64,000 nucleotides of DNA from Patescibacteria group bacterium (GCA_038064475.1 JBBTTA010000003.1:24985-88984); one strand, 5' to 3'. Shown: positions 48,316 to 58,651, numbered from the stretch's first letter. The notes: a model not told the origin generated them from the sequence alone. Program-made: numbers and translations.

Positions 48316-48828
48316 ATGGACGAGGAACAGAAATCCCAAAGGCGAATATCGAACGTAACCGCCGTATTGATGGTTATTGTTGCGGTGGTTCTTGATCTTA
48401 TAAACCTCATTCCCGTTGTTGGTGTTTTGGTTGGTAATATCCTCGCTCTTTTAATATTCGGCTTGTGGTATCTCATGCTTGGAATCCCAATTATGGGGGC
48501 ACGGCAATTTGCACGGTGGGGAACAAGTTGGCTTATCGATACCATATCTGTTGGTTATCTCCCCGGCATTACGCTCGGTGCTATACTTATTATTGTAGTA
48601 ACACGTACCGAGGATAAGACCGGAATAAGCCTTATTGATAAGGTAAAGCCAACTTCGGCAGGAACGCTCAAAAACGCTCGGCGTGCGGCAAACCCAGAGA
48701 GAACATTACAAGCACGAGATCGATTGGAACGCCGATTGGCGCGCCGAGCACAAGAAAGTGAGGGTGCGGCAACAAAACCAAAAGAGCACCCCCAAATCAA
48801 AGACATTAATTACCCCAAGGCGGCATGA
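48316..48828 (+). CDS. Membrane protein
   Basis: Multiple TM segments, basic tail. Confidence 0.65.
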   Translation: MDEEQKSQRRISNVTAVLMVIVAVVLDLINLIPVVGVLVGNILALLIFGLWYLMLGIPIMGARQFARWGTSWLIDTISVGYLPGITLGAILIIVVTRTEDKTGISLIDKVKPTSAGTLKNARRAANPERTLQARDRLERRLARRAQESEGAATKPKEHPQIKDINYPKAA

Positions 48829-49562
48829 CGTACGAATCAAGAATCAAGAATCAAGAATCAAGAATTTGCGTTTTGTTTTTAGCGTGCTTCTTGTTTCTTG
48901 CTTCTTGCTTCGTTTTCGCGCGGAGCGCGATAGCACAGAATACTGCAACAGTTGATTTGGTATGGGAAGCAAACTCCTACGTGCCACCGTTCTATAAAGG
49001 TAAAGCCTTAACAACAACCGATGGAGATGTTGATGTATATGCATTTGTTCCAAGTACGTTTGGCAATCCGCTACGCGCAACATATACATGGGAATTAAAC
49101 AGCCAAGTACTTGGCAGTCTCTCGGGTGTAGGTAGATCATCATTGCGTGTTTCAGGTTCTCCTTTTATTGATGATCGTGCAATTAGAGTGCGTGTTGTTG
49201 GAGAGAATGGTCGTGAGGGTTTTGGATATGTACGCATTCCGGCGGTAAAACCAACTATCATGGTCTATGTTGATTCACCACTTGCTGGTGTGCAATTTGG
49301 AAACGCTGTGGTTACTCGTTTAGAAGCACAAACAGAGACCGATCTTACACTAACCGCATACCCATACTTCTTTTCAACATCAGATCGCAATGAAAATCTT
49401 TCATATACATGGAATGTAAACGGTGTTGCGTCAGAAACACGAGGACCAACACTTGTTGCGCGCTCTGAAACAACAGGGACGTCAACGGTAAGTGTTGAGA
49501 TAAACAATGTTTCTAAGATTCTTGAGCGTGCTTCGAAGATATTCTCTGTCGTTCTACAATAG
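48825..49562 (+). CDS. Secreted Ig-like protein
   Basis: WEANSYVPPFYKGKAL, YTW..N, AYPYFFS; N-terminus built from heptamer repeats. Confidence 0.7.
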   Translation: MTYESRIKNQESRICVLFLACFLFLASCFVFARSAIAQNTATVDLVWEANSYVPPFYKGKALTTTDGDVDVYAFVPSTFGNPLRATYTWELNSQVLGSLSGVGRSSLRVSGSPFIDDRAIRVRVVGENGREGFGYVRIPAVKPTIMVYVDSPLAGVQFGNAVVTRLEAQTETDLTLTAYPYFFSTSDRNENLSYTWNVNGVASETRGPTLVARSETTGTSTVSVEINNVSKILERASKIFSVVLQ

Positions 49563-49601
49563 AGTTATAAGAATAGAAAACAGAGAACAGTATATACTCA
49601 A

Positions 49602-50486
49602 ATGATAAATTTCAAATTTCAAATTTCAAAAAAAGCTCCTTCTTTCTTTTTGTTATTTGTTATTTGTTATTTGTTATTTGTGATTACGCTCCCTGTGTTT
49701 GCACAACAAAACCCACCAACGGTAGATCTCCTTGTTAAGGATTTACCGGGAATTGGCCCTGCTACAGATCTTAAGGGCTTTCTTCAGGGAATATTTAAAC
49801 TCACACTTGGTATTGCGGTCACCGCCGCTATAGCAATCATTGTGTGGAATGGTATTCGCTACATGGTGAGCGATGCGGTTGGTGGAAAAGAGGATGCAAG
49901 GAAATGGATTGGAGAAGCGTTGTGGGGATTGGTACTCGCATTTTCTGCTGTGCTTATTCTTTCAACAATAAACCCACAGCTTACACAATTTGATTTTCTT
50001 ACAACACTGCAAGAAGTGCGTGAAGCTGCTGGTGGTCCGCCGGGGGGTCCTCCCCCTCCTCCACCTCCACCAGGAGATACTCCTCCGGACGGACAATTTA
50101 CCTATCAACCTAGAGTAGCTCCACAACGACTACATGCGTCTTCTCAACTAGAAACATTATTAAGTTGTATTGCAAACAGGGTTCCGGGAAATGTTGGAGA
50201 GATTTCGTCAATATCAGACGAAATGATTACGTCGGGTCAAAGAACCTTTGAGGAATGTGCCGCCGGTGGACAATCTGTTGGATGTGCCCACAGAGCGGGT
50301 TCGCTTCACTATGGTGGATTATTTTGTGTTGGACAGTCATATGCTGTCGACTTTGGAGACGAACAAAATATGAATGTTCTTGGTGATGCGGCCGTATTGT
50401 GTAACCCAAACGTTGCAGTAATAAACGAAGGAAATCATGTGCACATAAGTTTAGGAGATAGTGCGGGTTGTGGACCAGGAAACTAG
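49602..50486 (+). CDS. TrbC/VirB2-like pilin fused to a putative M15-type peptidase domain
   Basis: I...GIRYM.S......AR..I..ALWGL.L....LIL.TINPQL; C-terminal SLH...AVDFG...HVHIS. Confidence 0.7.
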   Translation: MINFKFQISKKAPSFFLLFVICYLLFVITLPVFAQQNPPTVDLLVKDLPGIGPATDLKGFLQGIFKLTLGIAVTAAIAIIVWNGIRYMVSDAVGGKEDARKWIGEALWGLVLAFSAVLILSTINPQLTQFDFLTTLQEVREAAGGPPGGPPPPPPPPGDTPPDGQFTYQPRVAPQRLHASSQLETLLSCIANRVPGNVGEISSISDEMITSGQRTFEECAAGGQSVGCAHRAGSLHYGGLFCVGQSYAVDFGDEQNMNVLGDAAVLCNPNVAVINEGNHVHISLGDSAGCGPGN

Positions 50487-50488
50487 CC

Positions 50489-51778
50489 ATGAAAAAAGCA
50501 CTCATCATCACGGGTATATTGTGTGTCATCATCGCAGGGGTGCTTGCGTTTTTGTGGTATTCATCAATCAAACCTTCTGCAACAACATCATCTGACGCCG
50601 GTTCGTCTGATAGAACCTTTTCACCATTCAGTTCATTTGTAGATTTTCTTACGGGAGACGACAGTGAAACAGAAAACACGGAACAGATAACAGATAACGG
50701 AGGGGAGTCGACAGCTCGTTCTGTGTATGATTTGTTGTCTATTACACCTGCGTACGAAGTAACTGACGCACTTGTTGCAAACGCAGTTATTGTATTCACA
50801 GGAACAACAACAGGAAATATACTTCGCTATGTGGAGCGCGAAACAGGACATATTTATGAACTATCACTTCTTTCTGGTGTCCTGCGACGCCTTTCAAATA
50901 CAACCGTGCCTCGTATTCAGGAAGCATATTTTGGAAATAACGGTTCTTTAATTGCACTGCAGTACTTGGGCGAGGATGGAGAAACAATAGAAACATTTGT
51001 GGGAAGCGTCACAACAACTTCTATTGAATCGTCGAGTGAGTTCACGGGAGATTTTCTTGCACAAAATATTCAAACCATAACACTCCATCCAACACAACCT
51101 GGTGTTTTCTACACTCTAAAAGCAGGTGGTGGTACTGCGGGGCGGTTGTTTGATCCCGTATCAAAACAGATTGCTTCTTTATTCTCGTCTCCGTTGTCTG
51201 AATGGACGGCTTTGTGGAATAGCGGCACAAACATTTATCTCCATACAAAACCCTCTTCGTCAGCTCAAGGTTTTGCATATGCAATCGCGCCTGGAAGCGC
51301 TACACCAGCGCGTGTTTTTACAAACACGTTCGGCATAACCCTTCTTCCAAACCCTTTTAATAAAAACATCCTAGTTGGATCCTCAAAAGACACACCAAAA
51401 ATGTCTCTTTTTAATAACACCGATGGTTCCACGGTGTCACTTGTGGGCACAACGTTCCCTGAAAAGTGTGTGTGGAAAACGGCAACGGTCCTTGTGTGTG
51501 CAATTCCAGAGTCGGCTTCTTCAATTGATTCATGGTACAACGGCAGTGTTTCATTTTCTGATAGTGTTTGGAAAATAAATGTTGAAACGGGGCTTACTGA
51601 TTTCTTGTTCGATAGCGAACAAACCCAAAAAGAATTTGATGCAACACATCTCTCAGTAAGTTCTGATGGGACAATACTTTCTTTTATAAACAAAAAAAAC
51701 TCACACCTTTGGGTTGCAAGTCTTTTACCTCGAACCGATACAATTGATGTTAATGCTGAATTTGAAGAAAATTACTAA
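50489..51778 (+). CDS. Membrane-anchored beta-propeller-like protein
   Basis: TM; RYVERETGHIY, TFPEKCVW, F.NKK...LW. Confidence 0.7.
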   Translation: MKKALIITGILCVIIAGVLAFLWYSSIKPSATTSSDAGSSDRTFSPFSSFVDFLTGDDSETENTEQITDNGGESTARSVYDLLSITPAYEVTDALVANAVIVFTGTTTGNILRYVERETGHIYELSLLSGVLRRLSNTTVPRIQEAYFGNNGSLIALQYLGEDGETIETFVGSVTTTSIESSSEFTGDFLAQNIQTITLHPTQPGVFYTLKAGGGTAGRLFDPVSKQIASLFSSPLSEWTALWNSGTNIYLHTKPSSSAQGFAYAIAPGSATPARVFTNTFGITLLPNPFNKNILVGSSKDTPKMSLFNNTDGSTVSLVGTTFPEKCVWKTATVLVCAIPESASSIDSWYNGSVSFSDSVWKINVETGLTDFLFDSEQTQKEFDATHLSVSSDGTILSFINKKNSHLWVASLLPRTDTIDVNAEFEENY

Positions 51779-51779
51779 A

Positions 51780-52505
51780 CTACTTTTTTTCCTCGAGTCG
51801 TTTACGAATTACATACTCTTGTCCAATAGAGAAGATGTTGCTTGTTGTCCAGTAGAGCGCGATCGATGCGGGAAGTGATGCGGAAATAAAAACAATAATG
51901 AGAGGAAAAATATATTTCATTTGGAAATGCATTCCTTTCATAAAATCTGCACCGAATGTTCCTTTCGCACCCGCTTGCGGTTGCACCGACTTCATCAAGA
52001 GTGCTTGAATAAATTGTGTAACACCAGCAAGGATTGCAATCGGAATACTTTTTATTGTCACATCAACAATTCCAAGAAAGAGTGTGCTTGCATGTGTTGG
52101 ACCTGACACAAATGAGTAAAGAAAATCAGGATTCACTACAGGTAGCCCTGATTTCAAGAACATAAAATAAAGGCCAAAAATAATAGGAATTTGGATACCA
52201 AGGAAGAAGATACTTGCAAAAGGATTAATCTTTTCGCGGCGATATACCTCCATTATTTTCATCGCCTGCTGTTGTGAATCGTTTTTGTATTGTGCACGAA
52301 GTGCATCAATTTCTGGTTGCACTTTCTGTGCGACCATCTGCGTTCGGAGTGATTTTTGAGCGAGTGGAAAAAGAACACAACGAATAAGAATCGTAAAGAA
52401 AATAACTGCAATACCAAGATCAGCCCAAGGAAACAGCTGCATTAAAAAGACGAGTCCGTTGTAGAGAGGTGTGGTGACAAGTGTTCCAAAAATTCCTGTA
52501 GACAT
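51780..52505 (-). CDS. yidC: Membrane protein insertase YidC
   Basis: G.A.I.FTILIR.VLFPL, QP....L...YK, QIPI, ALYW..SN. Confidence 0.93.
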   Translation of the reverse strand: MSTGIFGTLVTTPLYNGLVFLMQLFPWADLGIAVIFFTILIRCVLFPLAQKSLRTQMVAQKVQPEIDALRAQYKNDSQQQAMKIMEVYRREKINPFASIFFLGIQIPIIFGLYFMFLKSGLPVVNPDFLYSFVSGPTHASTLFLGIVDVTIKSIPIAILAGVTQFIQALLMKSVQPQAGAKGTFGADFMKGMHFQMKYIFPLIIVFISASLPASIALYWTTSNIFSIGQEYVIRKRLEEKK

Positions 52506-52524
52506 ATGTATGATTTTACACCAA

Positions 52525-52845
52525 TTATGAGAGAAGGGAAGTTAGTTCTTTTTGAAGTGTTGTGTGTGTTTGTTCGTCTGTTTTTTTCTTCGCAAAGACC
52601 ACATATGTGTGTCCGGTGTCTTTTTTGAGAAGCGTGTGGAGTATGTGATACACACGACGACGAATAAGATTTCGTGTAACTGCTTTTGCTGCAACTTTTT
52701 TTAAAACAACAACAGCAAAACGTGATGGTTCGTTTTGTTGTATGTTGTTTTTTGTTACGGTGAGATACGTTCCTGTAACCCGTCGTCCGTTTTGTGTTGT
52801 TTTTGCAAACGTTCCCTTCGAAATTCGTTGTCGTTTGGGGAACAT
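52525..52845 (-). CDS. rnpA: Ribonuclease P protein
   Basis: RFAVVV.KKV..KAVTRNLIRRR; between rpmH and yidC. Confidence 0.9.
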   Translation of the reverse strand: MFPKRQRISKGTFAKTTQNGRRVTGTYLTVTKNNIQQNEPSRFAVVVLKKVAAKAVTRNLIRRRVYHILHTLLKKDTGHTYVVFAKKKTDEQTHTTLQKELTSLLS

Positions 52846-52852
52846 GAGGAGA

Positions 52853-52987
52853 TTACGCTGAAATTCGCTTGCGGCCTTTTGCACGACGACGCTTCAACAT
52901 ATTTTTTCCTGTCGAAGACTTCATGCGCTTACGAAATCCGTGTGTTTTTGCTCGTTTCTTCTTTTTTGGTTGATAGGTTCGTTTCAT
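52853..52987 (-). CDS. rpmH: 50S ribosomal protein L34 (not in the ORF track)
   Basis: [44 protein letters not shown]. Confidence 0.97.
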   Translation of the reverse strand: MKRTYQPKKKKRAKTHGFRKRMKSSTGKNMLKRRRAKGRKRISA

Positions 52988-53106
52988 TGTGGTCTTATGT
53001 TGTTCTTTTTGAACGGTTACCCCCACATTATTAACATAGTTATCTCCCTTTCACAAGTTCCTGAAATGAATCTCACAGTTATAATAGTCTTCGTATTCTC
53101 ACCTAT

Positions 53107-54474
53107 ATGCATCAAGGACCAGAAACAATTGATATCCGTACCCTTTGGAAAGAAGTTCTTGATGGTATCGAACCTACCATCTCAAAAGCTATCTTCAAGA
53201 CATGGTTTAAAGACACCCATATCGTCAAAATAGAGGATGGTACGGTGTTTGTGGGTGTACCTCACATGATGAGTAAGGATTGGCTTTCTACGAAGCTGCA
53301 TAAGCCTATTTTGAAGGGTTTACGGGAACATTCTGATAGTATTCGGGCCGCAGAATACATTATTTCCACAAAAGCCCCTGATGCTTCCCAGTCATCGGTT
53401 ATTATTCCTTCATACTCAAATGGCGTAGGGGAACTACCTCTCAAAGATCTCTATATCAATAAACTTGATAACCTCAATCCTCGCTACACATTTGACTCTT
53501 TTATTGTTGGATCATTCAACGAACTCGCACACGCAGCGGCACAAGCAATCCTTGAGCGTCCCGGAGCTCGCTACAATCCATTTTTTGTCTACGGACAAAC
53601 AGGCCACGGAAAAACACACCTTATTCAAGCTCTGGGAAATGAAATAAAGAAGCGAAATCCTGAAAAAAGAGTGTACTACGTTTCGTCAGAGCGCTTTGCA
53701 CAGGATTTAGTGAATGCAATTCAACTCAACACGGTGGGTGCCTTCAAAGAAAAGTACCGAAAGTATGATGTCTTCATTATGGACGACGTACAATTCATTT
53801 CAAATAAAGAAAAAACACAAGAAGAGCTTTTTCATTTGTTTAATGAGATTTACGATAGGAACGGTCAGATTATTTTTTCTTCAGATAGACACCCAAACTA
53901 CATTCCAAGCATCGCAGATCGTCTTAAGTCGCGTTTTAACGCAGGTATGACAGTTGATATTCCTGCTCCTGACTCTGAATCTCGTGTTGCAATTATTCGT
54001 TCAAAAGCAGCGGAAAACAATGTAGTTCTTTCAGATGAGGTTATTCAACAAATTTCAACAACAATCGATGGCAATATTCGTGAGTTGGAAGGAATTGTGA
54101 ACTCGTTGATTGCTCATATGATTTTGAAGAAGAAAGATTTGACGGTGTCTGAAGTAAAAGAGGCAATAAAGAACAATATCAAACCAAAACGTCTTGTCTC
54201 TGTGAAGGATGTGGTAAAAATTGTGTCTGGTTTCTATAACCTCGATGAGGAAAGTATCTATAAAAAGAGCCGTAAAAAGGAGGTTGTGAAGCCTCGTCAA
54301 GTAATTATGTATCTCCTTCGTGAAGACTATAGTCTTCCGTATCCTGCAATTGGTGAGAAGCTTGGTGGTCGCGATCATACCACAGTGATTCACTCATACG
54401 AGAAGGTGTGTGAGGATTTAAAAACAGATCATCAGTTGGAACAAGAGATCACACAGCTCCGTGGAATGCTGTGA
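53107..54474 (+). CDS. dnaA: Chromosomal replication initiator
   Basis: LNPRYTFDSF, YNPFFVYGQTGHGKTHL, MDDVQF, GGRDHTTVIH. Confidence 0.98.
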   Translation: MHQGPETIDIRTLWKEVLDGIEPTISKAIFKTWFKDTHIVKIEDGTVFVGVPHMMSKDWLSTKLHKPILKGLREHSDSIRAAEYIISTKAPDASQSSVIIPSYSNGVGELPLKDLYINKLDNLNPRYTFDSFIVGSFNELAHAAAQAILERPGARYNPFFVYGQTGHGKTHLIQALGNEIKKRNPEKRVYYVSSERFAQDLVNAIQLNTVGAFKEKYRKYDVFIMDDVQFISNKEKTQEELFHLFNEIYDRNGQIIFSSDRHPNYIPSIADRLKSRFNAGMTVDIPAPDSESRVAIIRSKAAENNVVLSDEVIQQISTTIDGNIRELEGIVNSLIAHMILKKKDLTVSEVKEAIKNNIKPKRLVSVKDVVKIVSGFYNLDEESIYKKSRKKEVVKPRQVIMYLLREDYSLPYPAIGEKLGGRDHTTVIHSYEKVCEDLKTDHQLEQEITQLRGML

Positions 54475-54697
54475 GTTCACAGTGGAGATTATAATGAAAA
54501 ACCTGTGTATATGAATGGAGAAAAAATAACAAAACAATCCTATATGAAAAGTTATCCAAGTTTCTCTCACATACAAACAGATGTTGTTCTTTTTGTCAGT
54601 AGAGAAAAAAGTATTATGGTGTCACATATAAAAGACTTGTACACATATCCGACACCTTAATAGTAATAATAATTTTCTTATATATAAAATAATACGT
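54475..54697. other. Probable oriC (dnaA-dnaN spacer)
   Basis: Position; degenerate DnaA boxes (TTATCCAAG, TTGTACACA, TGTGTATAT); AT-rich TAATAGTAATAATAAT tract before dnaN. Confidence 0.65.
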
Positions 54698-55798
54698 ATG
54701 AAATTCAGTGTGAATAAAGACAGTTTTCAAACAGCAGTACTTAAAGCAGAGCGAATGACAGGAAAAAACCTTTCGCTCCCAGTACTTCGTTGTGTACTCT
54801 TGAGTGCAGAAAAAGATTCTGTTGTTATTCGCGCTACAAACCTTGATTTGGGAATTGAAGTAACTGTACCTGCACAAGTACAGCAGACCGGTGTTGTTGC
54901 TGTGCCTGCAGATATTCTCGGAAGTCTTCTGTCGTCATCAGGAAACGGCGGTACACTCACTGTTGAGCAAGAAGGTAGTCATATTACAGTTACCACAACA
55001 CACAGCACCACAAACATAAGTACCTATCCTAGAGAAGATTTTCCACTTCTTCCGAAAGTAAACGATACAGAGATGTTTATTGTTGTAGGAAAAGAGTTTG
55101 CAACAGCTCTCAGATCGGTTGTGTGGGCCGCATCAATGGCAAGTATTAAACCAGAACTTTCGAGTGTGTATGTGTATGGAAACGGGGATGAGCTTGTATG
55201 TGTTGCTACAGACTCCTTTAGACTTGCTGAGAAGCGTGTGCGAGCAAAGACAGGAAAAGAATTTGAATCTGTTCTTATACCACTTAAAAACAGTATAGAA
55301 CTTATTCGTTATACTGAAGGACTCTCTGGAGATATAGCGTTTTTTGGAGATACACATCAAATTGCTTCAAAAACAGAAGACACATACATTACATCACGTG
55401 TTATTGATGGGGTGTTTCCTGATTACAAACAAATTATTCCAAAAGAACACAGTACAGAAGCTGTTGTATTAAAACAAGATCTCTCTGACACACTTAAACA
55501 ACTTCGTATTTTTTCTGATCAATTTAATAAACTCACTCTCACTATTAATCCAAAACTAAAAGAGTGTGTTTTAAAAACAACAAATAATGATGTTGGAGAC
55601 AGTACCGTAACACTTGATGCCGCGCTTACAGGAGAATCAGCAGAAATGCACTTTAACCACGCATATATTCTCGACGCACTCCAAGCAATTCATACAGACA
55701 GTGCAGCACTAAATTTAAGTGGTGTTGGAAAACCACTTACAATTCGTTCAGTAGGAGATACGTCGTTTTTGTACATTGTGATGCCAATGAATCGCTAA
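54698..55798 (+). CDS. dnaN: DNA polymerase III beta clamp
   Basis: ATNLDLGI, VATDSFRLAEK, IDGVFPDY, YIVMPM. Confidence 0.97.
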   Translation: MKFSVNKDSFQTAVLKAERMTGKNLSLPVLRCVLLSAEKDSVVIRATNLDLGIEVTVPAQVQQTGVVAVPADILGSLLSSSGNGGTLTVEQEGSHITVTTTHSTTNISTYPREDFPLLPKVNDTEMFIVVGKEFATALRSVVWAASMASIKPELSSVYVYGNGDELVCVATDSFRLAEKRVRAKTGKEFESVLIPLKNSIELIRYTEGLSGDIAFFGDTHQIASKTEDTYITSRVIDGVFPDYKQIIPKEHSTEAVVLKQDLSDTLKQLRIFSDQFNKLTLTINPKLKECVLKTTNNDVGDSTVTLDAALTGESAEMHFNHAYILDALQAIHTDSAALNLSGVGKPLTIRSVGDTSFLYIVMPMNR

Positions 55799-55799
55799 T

Positions 55800-56057
55800 A
55801 TGTTTCACATCAAAGAACTTTTTGATCGGTACAAACATATAACCCCTCCAGATGCCTCTATACGCTCCGCTGTTGTGAAGGCACTAGCACCTTGGAACAT
55901 CCATACACAAGAGCGTTCTGTGCGCGTTATACACACTGTGGTGTACCTCGATATAGATTCAGTATCAAAGAATGTTGTTTTTTTAAATAAAAACAAAATA
56001 CTCTCTGTAATTGCAGAGAGTATTGGAAAAGAAGGTGTTGTTAAAGATATTCGTTAG
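55800..56057 (+). CDS. Small protein, possibly DciA/DUF721-like
   Basis: Directly after dnaN; V.L...S..K......K..IL......G...V.DIR pattern. Confidence 0.5.
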   Translation: MFHIKELFDRYKHITPPDASIRSAVVKALAPWNIHTQERSVRVIHTVVYLDIDSVSKNVVFLNKNKILSVIAESIGKEGVVKDIR

Positions 56058-58219
56058 TTGTTTTTCTCCTCGTCATAAGAATCATTAGATGTTTGGATAG
56101 GAATAAGAGCATCTCCACCGAAACCTTGCGAGATGGCCCATGTGCGCACAGGAGCTTCCCAATACTTAAATTGAGGATCTGAAGAGGGGGTTGATGGTAC
56201 TGGTCCATCAGGATTATCTTTATCTACCCAATACAAAATTGAGTGTACATCTTGCTCGACATACCACTTTCCGTTTTTACGAGTTGTGTCTCCTCCCTGC
56301 CAAATACCTTGCAGTATTAGTTTTGAAGCATCTGATGGTTCAGGTGGAATAAACACACCACCAGGATATTTTTCAATCGCCAACTCCATCACACGATGCC
56401 ACATCGGTGCAATGATAAAACCAGCAACTTTCTTCTCCATTGGTGTGTTGTCATTATTTCCCGCCCACGCACCAACAGAAACACCTTTGGTGTATCCAAT
56501 AACCCACGCATCACGATAGTCGTTTGTTGTACCTGTTTTTACGGCGACACCATACCCAGGGAAGTTAAGTGCTGATGTTCCACCGAACGCAGGCGCACGC
56601 GCCACGTTATCAGAAAGAATATCAGAGATAGTACGCGCGATGTTTGGAGTTAACACCGTTGCACCAACTTCTTTAAACTCTTCAAGTACAGCACCTGTAG
56701 TATCTTCAACTTTTAAAATTCCTGTTATTGGAAAACGTACACCGTCGTTTGCAAATACACCATACGCCGCAGTCATTTCGAGAAGTGTTACTTCACCACC
56801 ACCAAGCACAAGAGTAAGACCGTAGCGAGATGCGTCGGTGAGGGTGGTGATACCCATATTGCGAGCAGTCTTGATTGATTCATTAATTCCAGCAAGGTAT
56901 AAGGCTTTTACCGCAGGAATGTTTACTGATTGTGCGAGCGCGTTGCGGATAGTCATAGGTCCTCGATACACACTGTCGTAGTTTCCGGGGCTGTAACATT
57001 CTCCGTCGCTTGTGAGATCGGATACAGGACACGCTGTTGAAAATTGTGTAGGAAGATCAAAGAGGATTGTGTCTGGTGTAAAACCTTTTTTAAATGCTGT
57101 TGCATATACAAACGGTTTGAACGAAGAACCTGGTTGTCGGTGGGCTAACGTTATATTTACATTTCCATCGATAGTTTTATCAAAATAATCACGTGAACCA
57201 ACCATGGCGAGAATCTGACCTGTTTTTGGGTCAGTTGCCACAAGACCGGCGTTTGATGCATTAAAATTCTTTTCATTCTCTAATGCACCTTCTAAAAATA
57301 TTTTTTGTGCTTCTGTTTGAAGTTCAAAATCAAGTGTGGTAATTACACGCAATCCCTGTTCTTCAATGACACGCTGACCGTATTTGCGTTCAAGATATTC
57401 ACGAATATAAAATACGAAGTGGGGTGCTTGGAGACGTGTATCTGGACGAGCTAAAAATTCAACTTCTTCAGCGACTGCCACATCATGTTCTTCTTCGTTG
57501 ATAAAACCGTACTCAAGCATTTTTGCAAGCACGAGGTTTTTTCGATCAGATAAAGCGTCCACATGATTACCATACGGAGAGTAGTACGTAGGCGACTGTG
57601 GAAGTGCGGCAAGGTATGCAGACTCGGCGAGGGTTAACTCACCTGCGTTTTTATTGAAAAAAGTTCGACTGGCCTCCTCGATACCGTACATGGTGCCACC
57701 ATAGGGTGCTTCGTTAAGATAGAGTGCCAAAATTTCTTCTTTTGAAAGTACTTGTTCGAGTTTGAGCGACAACACCCACTCTTTTATTTTTCGAGAAATT
57801 GTTTTTTCTTGAGTAAGGAGTGCGTTCTTTACCACTTGTTGTGTGATGGTTGAACCACCTTGGCTGTAGCCGATTGACGTGAGGTTTACTAAAACTGCAC
57901 GAATGATTGAAGAAATTTTAAGACCGTTGTGTTCGTAAAAATCAGCATCCTCAATTGCTACCGCGGCGTTTTTTGCATGGCGTGAAATGTCTTCAAAGGG
58001 AACAACAGTTCGTTGAATGTTTTCGTGAAGGTCGTAGAGAAGGTGTTCACCGGTTCGATCATAAATCTTTGTTGACTGTTCGATTTTTCGTTCTTCAAAC
58101 ACATCAAAGTCGGGGAGGCGGAGTGATGCGGCCCATAACAATAAACCACCAACAAAAAAGACTGCTACTGAGCCAACAAGCCAGAGCAAGGTTATATGTT
58201 TTTTGGTGAGTCGCGGCAT
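56054..58219 (-). CDS. Class A penicillin-binding protein (PBP1A family)
   Basis: AIEDADFYEH, QGGSTITQQ, RKIKE, RQPGSSFKP, SVN, KTGT. Confidence 0.95.
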   Translation of the reverse strand: MPRLTKKHITLLWLVGSVAVFFVGGLLLWAASLRLPDFDVFEERKIEQSTKIYDRTGEHLLYDLHENIQRTVVPFEDISRHAKNAAVAIEDADFYEHNGLKISSIIRAVLVNLTSIGYSQGGSTITQQVVKNALLTQEKTISRKIKEWVLSLKLEQVLSKEEILALYLNEAPYGGTMYGIEEASRTFFNKNAGELTLAESAYLAALPQSPTYYSPYGNHVDALSDRKNLVLAKMLEYGFINEEEHDVAVAEEVEFLARPDTRLQAPHFVFYIREYLERKYGQRVIEEQGLRVITTLDFELQTEAQKIFLEGALENEKNFNASNAGLVATDPKTGQILAMVGSRDYFDKTIDGNVNITLAHRQPGSSFKPFVYATAFKKGFTPDTILFDLPTQFSTACPVSDLTSDGECYSPGNYDSVYRGPMTIRNALAQSVNIPAVKALYLAGINESIKTARNMGITTLTDASRYGLTLVLGGGEVTLLEMTAAYGVFANDGVRFPITGILKVEDTTGAVLEEFKEVGATVLTPNIARTISDILSDNVARAPAFGGTSALNFPGYGVAVKTGTTNDYRDAWVIGYTKGVSVGAWAGNNDNTPMEKKVAGFIIAPMWHRVMELAIEKYPGGVFIPPEPSDASKLILQGIWQGGDTTRKNGKWYVEQDVHSILYWVDKDNPDGPVPSTPSSDPQFKYWEAPVRTWAISQGFGGDALIPIQTSNDSYDEEKNN

Positions 58220-58321
58220 CTAGATTTCGAGTATACCCCGTTGAGAGACCTTTTTCTATAGAAAAACACCCCGCAGCACTTTGTGCTGCAAAGTGCTGCG
58301 GGGTGAAACCCTTAGGTTTTA

Positions 58322-58531
58322 CTACTCATCAAGACCTCCCTCATCCATTTCGTCGGGGTCGTCCATTTCTGGATCTTCAACATCTTCGCTGGGCTCAACA
58401 GGGCGAGCCTTGTGAGGGGGTTCTTCAACCTCGTCCTCTACAGGAAGTGTATATGTGGCTGTGTCGTCATCGTCTCCAACTACCACGTCGTCATCAAGTG
58501 TAATACCTTGATTCAAAATATCATCAGGCAT
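58322..58531 (-). CDS. Small highly acidic protein
   Basis: D/E-rich ORF followed by a 17-bp hairpin (58267-58305). Confidence 0.55.
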   Translation of the reverse strand: MPDDILNQGITLDDDVVVGDDDDTATYTLPVEDEVEEPPHKARPVEPSEDVEDPEMDDPDEMDEGGLDE

Positions 58532-58651
58532 GGTACAAAAATTCGTATTAGATAAGTAACAATTTTGTTTCCCCACAAGGGAACGTCATCTTTTTACCAA
58601 AACTACAGGGTGAGTCAATACCCTAAACAACACGAAGTGGATAAGTCAACT

